Origin: Gigantopelta aegis
Lineage: Eukaryota
Length of the DNA stretch: 64,000 bases
Direction of reading: 5' to 3'
Assembly (NCBI RefSeq): GCF_016097555.1
Contig: NC_054708.1
Location: forward strand, 62,332,537-62,396,536
In this document: piece by piece, positions 38,940-50,613 of the stretch
Layout of the letters: every line of letters starts with the position of its first letter
Numbering within the stretch: the first letter of the stretch is position 1
Notes under the pieces: model-generated
What the model saw: only the letters and a program-made list of their open reading frames with translations
The model's database searches: none
What the model was told of the DNA's origin: nothing
Translations under genes and position numbers: made by a program

Positions 38940-39767
38940 CTGAAACCAACCGACAAATAATCTATTAAGTCAAAGCACAAGATATAATGTAACTGATGGA
39001 TGTTGGTTTTAGAACCCCAAAATAGTAGATCAGAAAATATTTCACAGAGAGAGGGCATCAAAGCTAAAAGGGCACAAGGACGAACTGTAAAGGGTACCCC
39101 AATAAAGTTTGGCATTTCTAAATGAAAACCGTCAACAACTTATATGAAGAAAAGGCACTTGAATTATTGCATGGGAAACAGATTCCCCTTGTTCTTCTTT
39201 TACTTATAGTCAAGTATTCATATCTTTAAAGTTATGGACAGAATGATTTAGATATTGTATTGCTATGCAAGTTTCACAGATAACTAAACAATTCTAAAAC
39301 ATTAAATATCAGCTGCTAATCAACTTTGAAATTAATTATAACTTAATGATCAAAATTTAAAAAACAAAATGTTCCTTTGAAAGGGTGTCTCTTGACATTC
39401 CAGTGTGAGGCAGAAATTTAAAGTTTGTTTTGTTTAACGACACCACTAGAGCACATTGATTATTAATCATCGGCTATTGGATGTAAAACATTTAGTAATT
39501 TTCACATATAGCCATAGAGAGGAAACCCCGTGCATTTTTTCAATAGTAGCAAGGGATCTTTTAAATGCATCAATCCACATCATTTGATATACCAGTCGTG
39601 GTGCACAGGCTGGAAAGAGAATTAACCTAAATGGCCCACCAACGGGGATCAATCTTAAACTGACTGCGGATCGAGCAAGCACTTTACCACTGGGCTACAT
39701 CGAGCCCCAAACAGGCAGAAATAAAAGTCATGATGCACACATAGTTTAAAACCCAAAATTAGCTTAC

Positions 39768-39853
39768 CAGGATGTGGCGTATAAAATGAACACACTTGCT
39801 GCCTTTGATATGGCAAGTCTTGCTTCTTTTGATACATTCACTCCTTCAGGAAT
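39768..39853 (-). CDS. POLE3: POLE3 internal exon: [28 protein letters not shown](C)
   Basis: It matches human ...[29 protein letters not shown]. The acceptor tttacag and donor GTAAGC were read on the minus strand. The N-terminal exon (about 22 aa, MAE...ITRIIKEA) was not located and presumably lies beyond the 42-bp satellite. Confidence 0.85.
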
Positions 39854-39954
39854 CTGTAAATAACAAACATACACAGGGATTCTAGAATGTTTATAAAAAC
39901 CCACTAGTCAAAAATCATACTTTAAGTAATTATACAGTTTTATAATATAGATGT

Positions 39955-42400
39955 GGGGGGTGGACCTAAATAGATAGAGCTTGAAAACCCTTAGATTGCA
40001 GGACCTAAAGAGATAGATAGAGCTTGAAAACCCTTAGATGATAGGACCTAAAGAGAGAGATAGAGCTTGAAAACCCTTAGATGGCAGGACCTAAAGAGAT
40101 AGAGCTTGAAAACCCTTAGATGACAGGACCTAAATAGATAGCCAGAGCTTGAAAACCCTTAGATGATAGGACCTAAAGAGATAGATAGAGCTTGAAAGCC
40201 CTTAGATGACAGGACCTAGAGATAGATAGAGCTTGAAAACTCTTAGATGATAGGACCTAAAGAGATAGATAGAGCTTGAAAACCCTTAGATGATAGGACC
40301 TAAAGAGATAGATAGAGCTTGAAAACCCTTAGATGATAGGACCTAAAGAGAGAGATAGAGCTTGAAAACTCTTAGATGATAGGACCTAAAGAGAGAGATA
40401 GAGCTTGAAAACCCTTAGATGACAGGACCTAAAGAGAGAGATAGAGCTTGAAAACCCATAGATGATAGGACCTAAAGAGAGAGATAGAGCTTGAAAACCC
40501 TTAGATGATAGGACCTAAAGAGATAGATAGAGCTTGAAAACCCGTAGATGACAGGACCTAGAGATAGAGCTTGAAAACCGGTAGATGACAGGACCTAAAG
40601 AGATAGAGCTTGAAAACCCTTAGATGACAGGACCTAGAGATAGATAGAGCTTGAAAACCCTTAGATGGCAGGACCTAAAGAGACAGATAGAGCTTGAAAA
40701 CCATTAGATGACAGGACCTAGAGATAGTTTGAAAACCTGTAGATGACAGGACCTAAAGAGATAGATAGAGCTTGAAAACCCTTAGATGACAGGACCTAGA
40801 GATAGATAGAGCTTGAAAACCCGTAGATGACAGGACCTAAAGAGAGAGACAGAGCTTGAAAACCCGTAGATGACAGGACACAGAGATAGATAGAGCTTGA
40901 AAACCCTTAGATGACAGGACCTAGAGATAGATAGAGCTTGACAACCCGTAGATGACAGGACCTAAAGAGAGATAGAGCTTGAAAACCCTTAGATGACAGG
41001 ACCTAGAGATAGATAGAGCTTGAAAACCCTTAGATGGCAGGACCTAGAGATAGAGCTTGAAAACCCTTAGATGACAGGACCTAAAGAGATAGATAGAGCT
41101 TAAAACCCTTAGATGACAGGACCTAGAGATAGATAGAGCTTGAAAACCCTTAGATGACAGGACCTAAAGAGAGAGATAGAGCTTGAAAACCCGTAGATGA
41201 CAGGACCTAAAGAGAGAGACAGAGCTTGAAAACCCGTAGATGACAGGACCTAAAGAGATAGATAGAGCTTGAAAACCCGTAGATGACAGGACCTAAAGAG
41301 ATAGAGCTTGAAAACCCTTAGATGATAGGACCTAAAGAGATAGAGCTTGAAAACCCTTAGATGACAGGACCTAGAGATAGATAGAGCTTGAAAACCCTTA
41401 GATGGCAGGACCTAAAGAGATAGATAGAGCTTGAAAACCATTAGATGACAGGACCTAGAGATAGTTTGAAAACCTGTAGATGACAGGACCTAAAGAGATA
41501 GATAAGAGCTTGAAAACCCTTAGATGACAGGACCTAGAGATAGATAGAGCTTGGAAACCCGTAGATGACAGGACCTAAAGAGAGAGACAGAGCTTGAAAA
41601 CCCGTAGATGACAGGACACAGAGATATATAGAGCTTGAAAACCCTTAGATGACAGGACCTAGAGACAGATAGAGCTTGAAAACCCGTAGATGACAGGACC
41701 TAAAGAGATAGAGCTTGAAAACCCTTAGATGACAGGACCTAGAGATAGATAGAGCTTGAAAACCCTTAGATGACAGGACCTAGAGATAGATAGAGCTTGA
41801 AAACCCTTAGATGACAGGACCTAGAGATAGATAGAGCTTGAAAACTGTAGATGACAGGACCTAGAGATAGATAGAGCTTGAAAACCCTTAGATGACAGGA
41901 CCTAAAGAGAGAGATAGAGCTTGAAAACCCGTAGATGACAGGACCTAGAGACAGAGATAGAGCTTGAAAACCCTTAGATGACAGGACCTAGAGAGAGATA
42001 GAGCTTGAAAACCCTTAGATGACAGGACCTAAAGAGAGAGATAGAGCTTGAAAACCCTTAGATGACAGGACCTAGAGAGAGATAGAGCTTGAAAACCCGT
42101 AGATGACCTAAAGAGAGAGATAGAGCTTGAAAACCCGTAGATGACAGGACCTAAAGAGAGAGATAGAGCTTGAAAACCCGTAGATGACAGGACCTAAAGA
42201 GAGAGATAGAGCTTGAAAACCCGTAGATGACAGGACCTAAAGAGAGAGATAGAGCTTGAAAACCCGTAGATGACAGGACCTAAAGACAGAGATAGAGCTT
42301 GAAAACCCGTAGATGACAGGACCTAAAGAGATAGAGCTTGAAAACCCGTAGATGACAGGACCTAAAGACAGAGATAGAGCTTGAAAAAAAAAACCTTAGT
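39955..42400. repeat. Roughly 42-bp tandem satellite of about 55 copies (GAGCTTGAAAACCCTTAGATGACAGGACCTAAAGAGATAGATA), inside the presumed POLE3 5' intron
   Basis: Direct reading. Variants carry GA/GAGA indels. Confidence 0.9.
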
Positions 42401-44284
42401 TGTGAGATGTGCAGGATATTCAATTTATTATTAATTAGAAACAGTCCACTTTTTTAAGGTAATAGATCACAACGTCTGATAAGGATAACTCATTTATACT
42501 GTTCATACAGTTATGACAAAAAGAGAAAAGGGATTGAATTAAATAGTGGCTTCTGTAGCCTACACAAATGAACTCTTTTATGGAAATCAGCGAAGTCGGT
42601 AAAATTGTCTCGATTAGTTCATAACTGTTAGCCTACAAAGCTTACGTAAGGTCCCGAAAATGGCAATCATGTAATTTTATACTTTCTTTTAAAAAAAAAA
42701 AAAATTGATTGAAAAGAAATGATAATAGGTATGTACGAATAAGCCTAGGTCTTTTTTTTTTACATCTATTATTTTTCTTTTTTATCTTTAAAAAAAAAAA
42801 TCAAATAAATATTTATATTTCAGCCAGAGGTTAATGAATGTGCATATGCTATTTATATATGTATATATGTACACACTATAGTAACAGTAATCAATGGTAA
42901 TAGCTGACTATTTAATTTTTGTTTCGTTTGTTAGAAAGTAACAAGACCATGTGACTGGAACATGATTTGATGCGCAGTAGTCTGTGGCATACTGACCAAT
43001 CAGAGCTATCGGGGTCAGATTATTTTTACTCTTGGAATTCTGCATGCACACGCTGGTCTACTTGACAACTTATTAAGTATTGATGATGGTGTCTAAAATT
43101 ATGGGGACGGGGTGGTGTGTATTATCTTTATTATGGCATCCCACATTTGGAATAAAATCCTTTGCAATGACAGATTTTTTTCAGAGTTTGTGTATTTTGT
43201 TATTAACAACATTGGGGCTGTTCTAGATCAATGACGTAACGCCATCAGAGCTGTTCGTAACTTGTAGCGGTAGCTTAAATGATGTGTTGCAAAATGTTGA
43301 GGGAGGGAGATTGGTTGCGCAATTGTTGAATTAAAAATGCCACGTGAATGTCAATGTCCCAACTAACACTATTAATTGAAGTAATTGTAGGCCCACGTTT
43401 CACGAGTAAATTTTTTTTTTTAATGTTTTAATAATATGAGTCAGTAGAGCACACCTGATATTATTGGGTCGTAATTCATAAACCACCTCCTCGGAACCAG
43501 TGGGTTTTTTCCCATCCCAACTATTCTAATCATGTTCGTTGTACATAATAATCAAATTCAATACAAGTTGATTCCTATATATGTTTAGCTGCACGTCCAT
43601 CAAACCATCTAACACTGAAAAGGTATATATATATAATTGTGTGCATCAAATTATCTGAATAGTACATATTGTAATTAAAAAATCAAATGGTCTGCATCAG
43701 TGTATACATGTCATAATTATATTTCTATAGTACTACTCCTGAAACTTTTTAATATACTATAACTTCATTCCTGAAAGGGAAAAGAAGTCAGACTACACTA
43801 ATGAACCAAACAACATAACATTAGAAAAAAATATTATTGGTTCATTTTTGCAACATATGTCTCTACATTTACATATACCAATTACTAAATTAATAAATGC
43901 TCTATTTTCACTCGCCTTGGTATTTTGATGAGTGCGATTTTTCACTCACCTAAGTGTTTTGAGGTGTGCAATTTTTCACTCAGCTTTGTTTTTCAAAAGG
44001 CAAAGACTGACCATGGAGGTATGGCTACAGATGGGCGGTACTGAAATTTGAAGCCCTGACATACAGTATCTGTTTGGAGTATGACAATTAGAGAGTATGT
44101 GACCACTTGGTGCAAGCATTATTATATAACCACAGGGCTCTAGATTGCAACAATGCTGAAACATTAAAATGTGTGCCCAAAACAAGTAATCACACATTAA
44201 GTACAAACATGCTAACCCTAAAACATTTCACCTCAAAATCAGTGGAATGCTAAGCTATAATTAGATTACAAATAACTTGATATT

Positions 44285-44690
44285 ATGTACCGGCCTCGGT
44301 GGTGTTGTGGTTAGGCCATCGGTCTACAGGCTGGTAGGTACTGGGTTTGGATCCCAGCCGAGGCATGAGATTTTTAATCCAGATACCGACTCCAAACCCC
44401 GAGTGAATGCTCCGCAAGGCTCAATGGGTAGGTGTAAACCACTTGTACTAAACCAGTGATCCATAACTAGTTCAACAAAGGCCATGGTTTGTGCTATCCT
44501 GCCTGTGGGAAGCACAAATAAAAGATCCCTTGCTGCTAATTGGAAAGAGTAGCCCATGTAGTGGCGACAGCAGGTTTCCTCTCAAAATCTGTGTGGTCCT
44601 TAACCATATGTCTGACGCCATATAACCGTAAATAAAATGTGTTGAGTGCATCATTAAATAAAACATTTCTTTTTTTGATATTATGTATTT
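44285..44690 (+). mobile_element. Full-length family-A tRNA-derived SINE with a 10-bp TSD GATATTATGT
   Basis: The head is ACCGGCCTCGGTGGTGTTGTGGTTAGGCCATCGG...GGGTTTGGATCCCAGCC and the tail is ...AAATAAAACATTTCTTTTTTT. The TSD was read on both flanks. Confidence 0.9.
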
Positions 44691-46477
44691 TTAAATATGT
44701 ACAACTCTTTATCAGCTAATATTAAGATTACTGCACTAAAAAGACCTTTGTGTGCTCAGAAGACAAAAAGCCTGTTGTACCCAAATTAGAGTGATCTAAA
44801 GGCCCGTAAAAAGAGTGTGCAATGCCAAACACTGAAACAGGTAACTGTGATTTTAAAATCAACAATATTGAATTTTTTATAATGGGGATTTAAAAATACA
44901 ATCAAATTCACTAAACTGCATAAATCCTAATAGCTATGCAATGAAAATATATGCAAATAACTGGTCTACTTGATCAACCATTGTAGCCCTATATATCTCT
45001 AGGTTATAAACATCTAATTTTGGGCAACATATTTTTCATTCATATATTAAATTTAGAACTTTCAGTGATCCATTTACAATTACATGTGTCAATGTCATGG
45101 ACATAACGGCACAAGCAAAAAGGAAATGGGTTATGCAAATTTTCTATTATCGGAGGTCTGAAAATGTCCATGGCAAAAAAAAACTGTTGTTGAACAAAGA
45201 AAACACCCTGAATATAGTTCAATGCAAAAAAGTGCTGTGAAGAATTAAAAACTCCACGGCATTGTTGATTGCCATAAGCAATTGCAGGGGCTAACATATA
45301 TACTAACAAAAAACCTGCCACTGAACAAAAAAAACAAAAAATAATAATATCGTCCACGGCAAAGGCAGGGGCTGACATGTTATGTACTAACAGCATCTTT
45401 GATGATTCTGGCAACAACAGCATTTGGCAAATTGAGATCCTCAGGTCTCTCTGCCATCGTATATTCTCAAGATTGCTGGAAACACACGCCTACAATGAAA
45501 AATAAAAAGATACATGTATCAGCAAAATTAGTTGCGGATTCAGAATATTTTTACTCATACTGCCAACATTCACAACAACTAGCCATTTCCTTTCTCTGAT
45601 GCAAAATTGTTGGGGGGGTTTTCACCAAAATTATGGTCAGCCAGAAAAAGACAGATCACCCATCGGACCAGTACTCTCATTTTGTAATTTGTCTGTCAGA
45701 ATGACGTTTACTCTCATTTGGCAAGCAAGCGAATACTTTCTGCACCCCTATGCACCATAACCACACCACAGCCGTTGTCATTGTGCACTGGCTGGAATGA
45801 GAAATACCCCAACTGGCCTATCGACGTGGATTGATCCAAGACCGACCACACATCAAGTGAGTGCTTTACCACTGGGTTAAATCCTGCCCCAAATGTTTAA
45901 CAACATCCCAGCATGAATAATACATGTGCTTTTGGGTGTCATACACAGGTAAACATATGAATGAAGCGATAATCAAATCAATAATAAAAATGTCAAGTTG
46001 TTGTAATTAAAGGTCTTAATAAAACACAATGTATAAAAGAGCTGTGCAAAATACAAGTTAAAGCATGCGTTGAAGTGACAGACCCTAGTTTCTAAAAACA
46101 CGTTTGTCTGAGAAGTAATGGTTATTGAGATAAGCTCTAGCCTCTAGTTATTTTTAGACACTATTTCCATGTTAAAATTATCATGTTTAAAAATCACAGA
46201 ATCAGATTTTAGCTTCTATAAGACTATATGAAATAACTTTATTCAAATGTATGTTGCAGGTTTGTTAAATATTTGACTACAACTTGGCAAAACATATTTT
46301 TGTCAGGTTTTTAACTTTTAACTTTACTTATTATAAAAATAACTTTCTGTTCTAATACGAACTCATGTCGTCCGTCGCATGTCCGTTCGAACTTGAGTAA
46401 GAACCCTACTAGGGCATGAGTTCCTTATTTTCCCCATAACGATTTTAAAAAAAATATTTGTTAGAATTAGTTTAAGG

Positions 46478-46502
46478 TTAGGCTTAGGGTTAGGGTTAGC
46501 GA
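46478..46502. repeat. Short interstitial telomere-like repeat (TTAGGC TTAGGG TTAGGG TTAGCG)
   Basis: Direct reading. Confidence 0.6.
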
Positions 46503-47029
46503 TAGTTATATAAAATATCTTTTAAAACAATTTGTTCTATAAAACCAACATAATGTTTATATTTCGTAATCCAGACCTAGCACTACGTCATTTGTAGTAG
46601 TGGGGAAAATACTTTAAATAGTTACCTAGTTTATATAGAATTTGTCTCAGTTGGATGATCACCTACTGAAAACAACACACTTAGCCATTGGCGCCATTAG
46701 ACTGGTATTTAATTGATTACTACTACCTATTGCATTCAAAAGAAATAGCGCAACAGTTTAAACATTTTGGTTATAAATAATCAATTTCATTTTGTCCCCA
46801 AACAGTGAATCTGTTCACCCCCACCCTATATAAGTATGCCCGCTATAACTACTTTGTCAAATTTTGAATAATAAAATTTGAAAGAGAACACGTAACAGAT
46901 ATGTCAAGTTTACAATACCAAACACTGAAAAATATAACATGTATAAACCTATTTGCGTATTTTAATTACATTTTCATTCATTCATTTCAACTTATTTTCG
47001 TGCTTATATCTAATTAAGCTTCACGCTCT

Positions 47030-47215
47030 CTGCCCTGGGTTGGTAACATGTCGTTTCGCCCTTATTACTAGTTCACCCGAGTCGTTTTGAGCAGGGTCGA
47101 TTCGTACCTCCAACGACTCGGTACGAATGAGATTAGGGCGAACCAACCCTGAGTGAATAGGACTAAAGGGCGAAACAATGCAGTGTTCGAAATGGTTTTA
47201 GGGCGAAACGACCCA
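47030..47215. repeat. Imperfect long palindrome / foldback structure with nested inverted repeats and three copies of the AGGGCGAAAC motif
   Basis: Inverted pairs: CCCTGGGTTGGT / ACCAACCCTGAG, ACCCGAGTCGTT / AACGACTCGGT, GTCGATTCGTACC / GGTACGAATGAG, GTCGTTTCGCCCTTA / TTAGGGCGAAACGAC. Confidence 0.6.
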
Positions 47216-47944
47216 GATTCTTTTGGGTACATACAGCTTGTTGTTACTGGGGTTTTCTTGAGAGGGGGGGGGGGGGGTAAAATAGTTGAGGGGTATTTTT
47301 AAAATATTAGGTTTTTTGTTTTGCCTGCAACTTACGCTTATGTATAGAACACTGTCTTCATTTTAACATTTAACCTTAAATAATCATCATGCAAGTCTAA
47401 CATAAATATGTTTACACAGATATTTTGATGTAAATATTGGACTCGAGAACTCGAGGGTCAAACTCGACCCGGCACTTACATTAGATGATAATGAGACTAA
47501 GGACTAAAGTAAACAAGCATTATACACAGTATCGGATCCAGAAAATCCATTTGGGGGGGGGGGGGGGGGGGGGCAGTGACATGAAATGGAATGCCAAGGG
47601 AACTTTGGGGGAGATTTGGAGGGGGATCGTAAAAAAAAAAATGAAAATTAATATATAATAAATTTAGGGGGTCCCCTAGATCTGCCTCTAATACATCTTA
47701 ATTCCAGCGCTGAACATGGCTGCCAAATCATGCCATTGTATTACATTCCACACATTTGACTTTTGTTTTTCCTCCATGTCTCATAGCCCTATAATGTAAC
47801 CGGAGGCAAAATGGCAAAATTACGTTATCAAACAATATAATTAAATGAATTAGCTCTTCCTTTATAGGGTACTCGAGTCCTGTGATCGAGTACTCGTGGA
47901 GACCCTATCCTGGTGTTTCTAATATCACGAAATGTATTATTATT

Positions 47945-48040
47945 TTTTTAATCTTAAAACAACAACAACAACAACAACTCCAACAAAAACAACAACTCCA
48001 ACAAAAACAAAAACAAAAACAAAAAAGTACGTACCTCGAT
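47945..48040. repeat. (CAA)n / (CAAAAA)n microsatellite
   Basis: Direct reading. Confidence 0.9.
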
Positions 48041-48179
48041 CTCGTAAGTAATGGCCGGTTATGTATGACAGGTATTGCAACAAACTCCGGTCTATGTTTA
48101 AAGAGTATTTCACTATGTAATTGGGATCTGTAAATTAATTAGTGTCAATTGTCAAGGGTTGAAACTATAGGGTCTGCGA

Positions 48180-48213
<34 letters not shown>

Positions 48214-49193
48214 AACAACCAAAAAACATTAAGAAACTGATTCGTAAAAGACTCATTTTAAAAAGTTTTATTTCTCAAAGGCGATTTGGTACGTTTTATT
48301 ACCAAGAATGACCTAAAACTGAGATGATCAGGTTAAAACTGCACTACTACTAAGACGGAACCATTTTCGTTGGCGAGAACGGAACCAATTTGGCTATAAC
48401 TGCACCTTGGCAAAAACAGAACCTTTTTCGGCAATAACGGCTAAAACGGAAACTCTTTTTCTTTAATGTAACAGTTCAAAGATATTAAATCACACTATCA
48501 AAGGGATTTAGTTAAATGGACTACTTGCTCATGGCAGAGGTAATTGTGAGACGTTATGGCTACCACAAGTACTGGTGGTTAATTAAATTTAGACTACTTT
48601 AAAAACAACAATAAAGGAAAACTTAAAATTTTAAAAATAATAAAAGGAAAACAAATAGAAAAATAACAATAAAATAACAACAGCAAGGACCGGCAAAAGT
48701 TTTTTCCCTTTATTAAATATTGAATAATGTAAAGAACGCATGTTTTCTGCAAACACCCCCATGTGGACGTTTGGATTACAGGGGACAAAGCAACTTGGGG
48801 CGATGTCCATTTCCGTTTTGTCATGCGCGTTATCCGTTTCCTGTGTCTGGAACGGCGAGATAGAAAGAAAAACCTTAATAATTTTTAGTTTGGTGTGTTA
48901 TTTTTTAGATTGAGCAATTATGGATTCTGATTAATCACTAAACAAGGATTATCGTCTAGGGAAGATTTTTTTGGCCCCTCTAATTTAAAATTACACCATT
49001 TTTCTTAGTTAAAACTTAAAGACCCTTTATCTGTTTATCATCATAATCATGGTTTTTTGCAAGAGTCTATAATCGGCCCCCATATTTCATGATTTTAACA
49101 TTTATTACAGGGCTCGAACGTACGAATTTGATACCTACGGCAATTTTGAAATACCTTTGAAAAAAAGTTCTGAACATTCCAGCATGCACTAAC

Positions 49194-50613
49194 CTAGCCC
49201 GAGTACTCTGACTGTAAGAGAGCTAGACGGACATTTGGACATAAATACGCTCTCATTACAGTCAGAGACCAACCTATGTCTTTTTTTGGCAATTCCTGAC
49301 TACCAAACGGTAGGCAACGATTCCCACTCTAATACCACAACAATCCTATGTTTGACGTCAAATACCTTTACATCGATCATTTTCGAGTTAACGGAGTGTC
49401 ACGAAGCGTAGCTGAATGTGGGTGCTGTCAGGTTTCTTTCTGTAGTATGTGTATTAGTGATTAATATGTGGATTTTTTTGTATCAGTTAACTTGAAAATG
49501 ATCGATGTAAAGGTATTTGACGTCAAACATAGGATTGTTGTGGTATTAGAGCGGGAATCTTTGCCTACCGTTTGGTAGTCAGGAATTGCCAAAAATATAC
49601 ATAGGTTGGTCTCTGACTGTAATGAGAGCGTATTTATGTCCAAATGCAGGCCTGCACAAATTGCACGAACGACAGTTTCGTTCGTGCACTGGTTATGCCA
49701 TTTTATTTGGCATAACCGATTTACCGTTCATGTCAAATTTACCGAATTATTAATCCCGGCAACGTACCAACATATTTTTATCGCGAGTACAAACATTAGA
49801 CTTGTTCCCAACGCAGTGTAGTGCGTACCGTAACCAGCCAAATTTGTATAAATATCTTGCGAAATAGGTGCATTCCCATTGGTTGTTAGAAGGTGTTATA
49901 GACGAATTTAACCAATCAAAAATGGTGATATTGTGATGGTCATTACAATCTCGAACTGGATCAGCAACCAGGGTAAACCAGTCACAGTGACCCTATTATT
50001 AACTGTAATTCCGAATTGGATAACGACAGTGACAATGACAACAGTGTCAGTGATAATGACAGTGACAGTATCAGTATCCATTGTTCCTCAGATGAGGAAG
50101 ATAGCACCGAGTCTCCCACTCACGACTGAATGTCATGACATTACATACACATAAAAGACTAATATTATAAAATTAATGGTAAGCGATTGCCTTGCAATGA
50201 ATTCTTATTAATTCACATGTAGTTATGCACACATGATGATGTGTTTTATATAATAGGTCAAGCCTGACAAACACCCAATAGCCGATATGTATTTTTGTGC
50301 TGGGGTGTCGTTAAACAAGCATTCACTATGTTTTGGTAACTTATTATAATAGTTCTAATCATTATTATTTTTAAATCTCTTAAGCATTCGTATACATATA
50401 CTTTTTACTTAACATTGCCACTCTTGTTTCTCAAAATTAAGTATATATTTATTTTTTTTTAATTATAAACAAAAAAAACAGGTTACGCAAACCAAAATAG
50501 GTTATGTAAAATCTTTTAGCATAACCCCTTTTCAGGTTATGCAAAAAAAAAATTTGCACAGACCTGAAATGTCCGTCTAGATAGCTCTCTTACAGTCAGA
50601 GTACTCGGGCTAG
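49194..50613. mobile_element. Non-autonomous TIR element of about 1.42 kb, possibly hAT-like. It has roughly 48-bp TIRs (CTAGCCCGAGTACTCTGACTGTAAGAGAGCTAGACGGACATTT...), an internal inverted duplication of about 155-bp arms (49240-49391 vs 49486-49647), three subterminal AGGTTATGCAAA repeats, and flanking direct repeats ACTAAC(C).
   Basis: 49195-49245 is the reverse complement of 50563-50612. The flanks read gcACTAACc|TIR and TIR|gtACTAACc. There is no transposase ORF; the internal 73-aa ORF is a VTVT low-complexity run. Confidence 0.55.
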
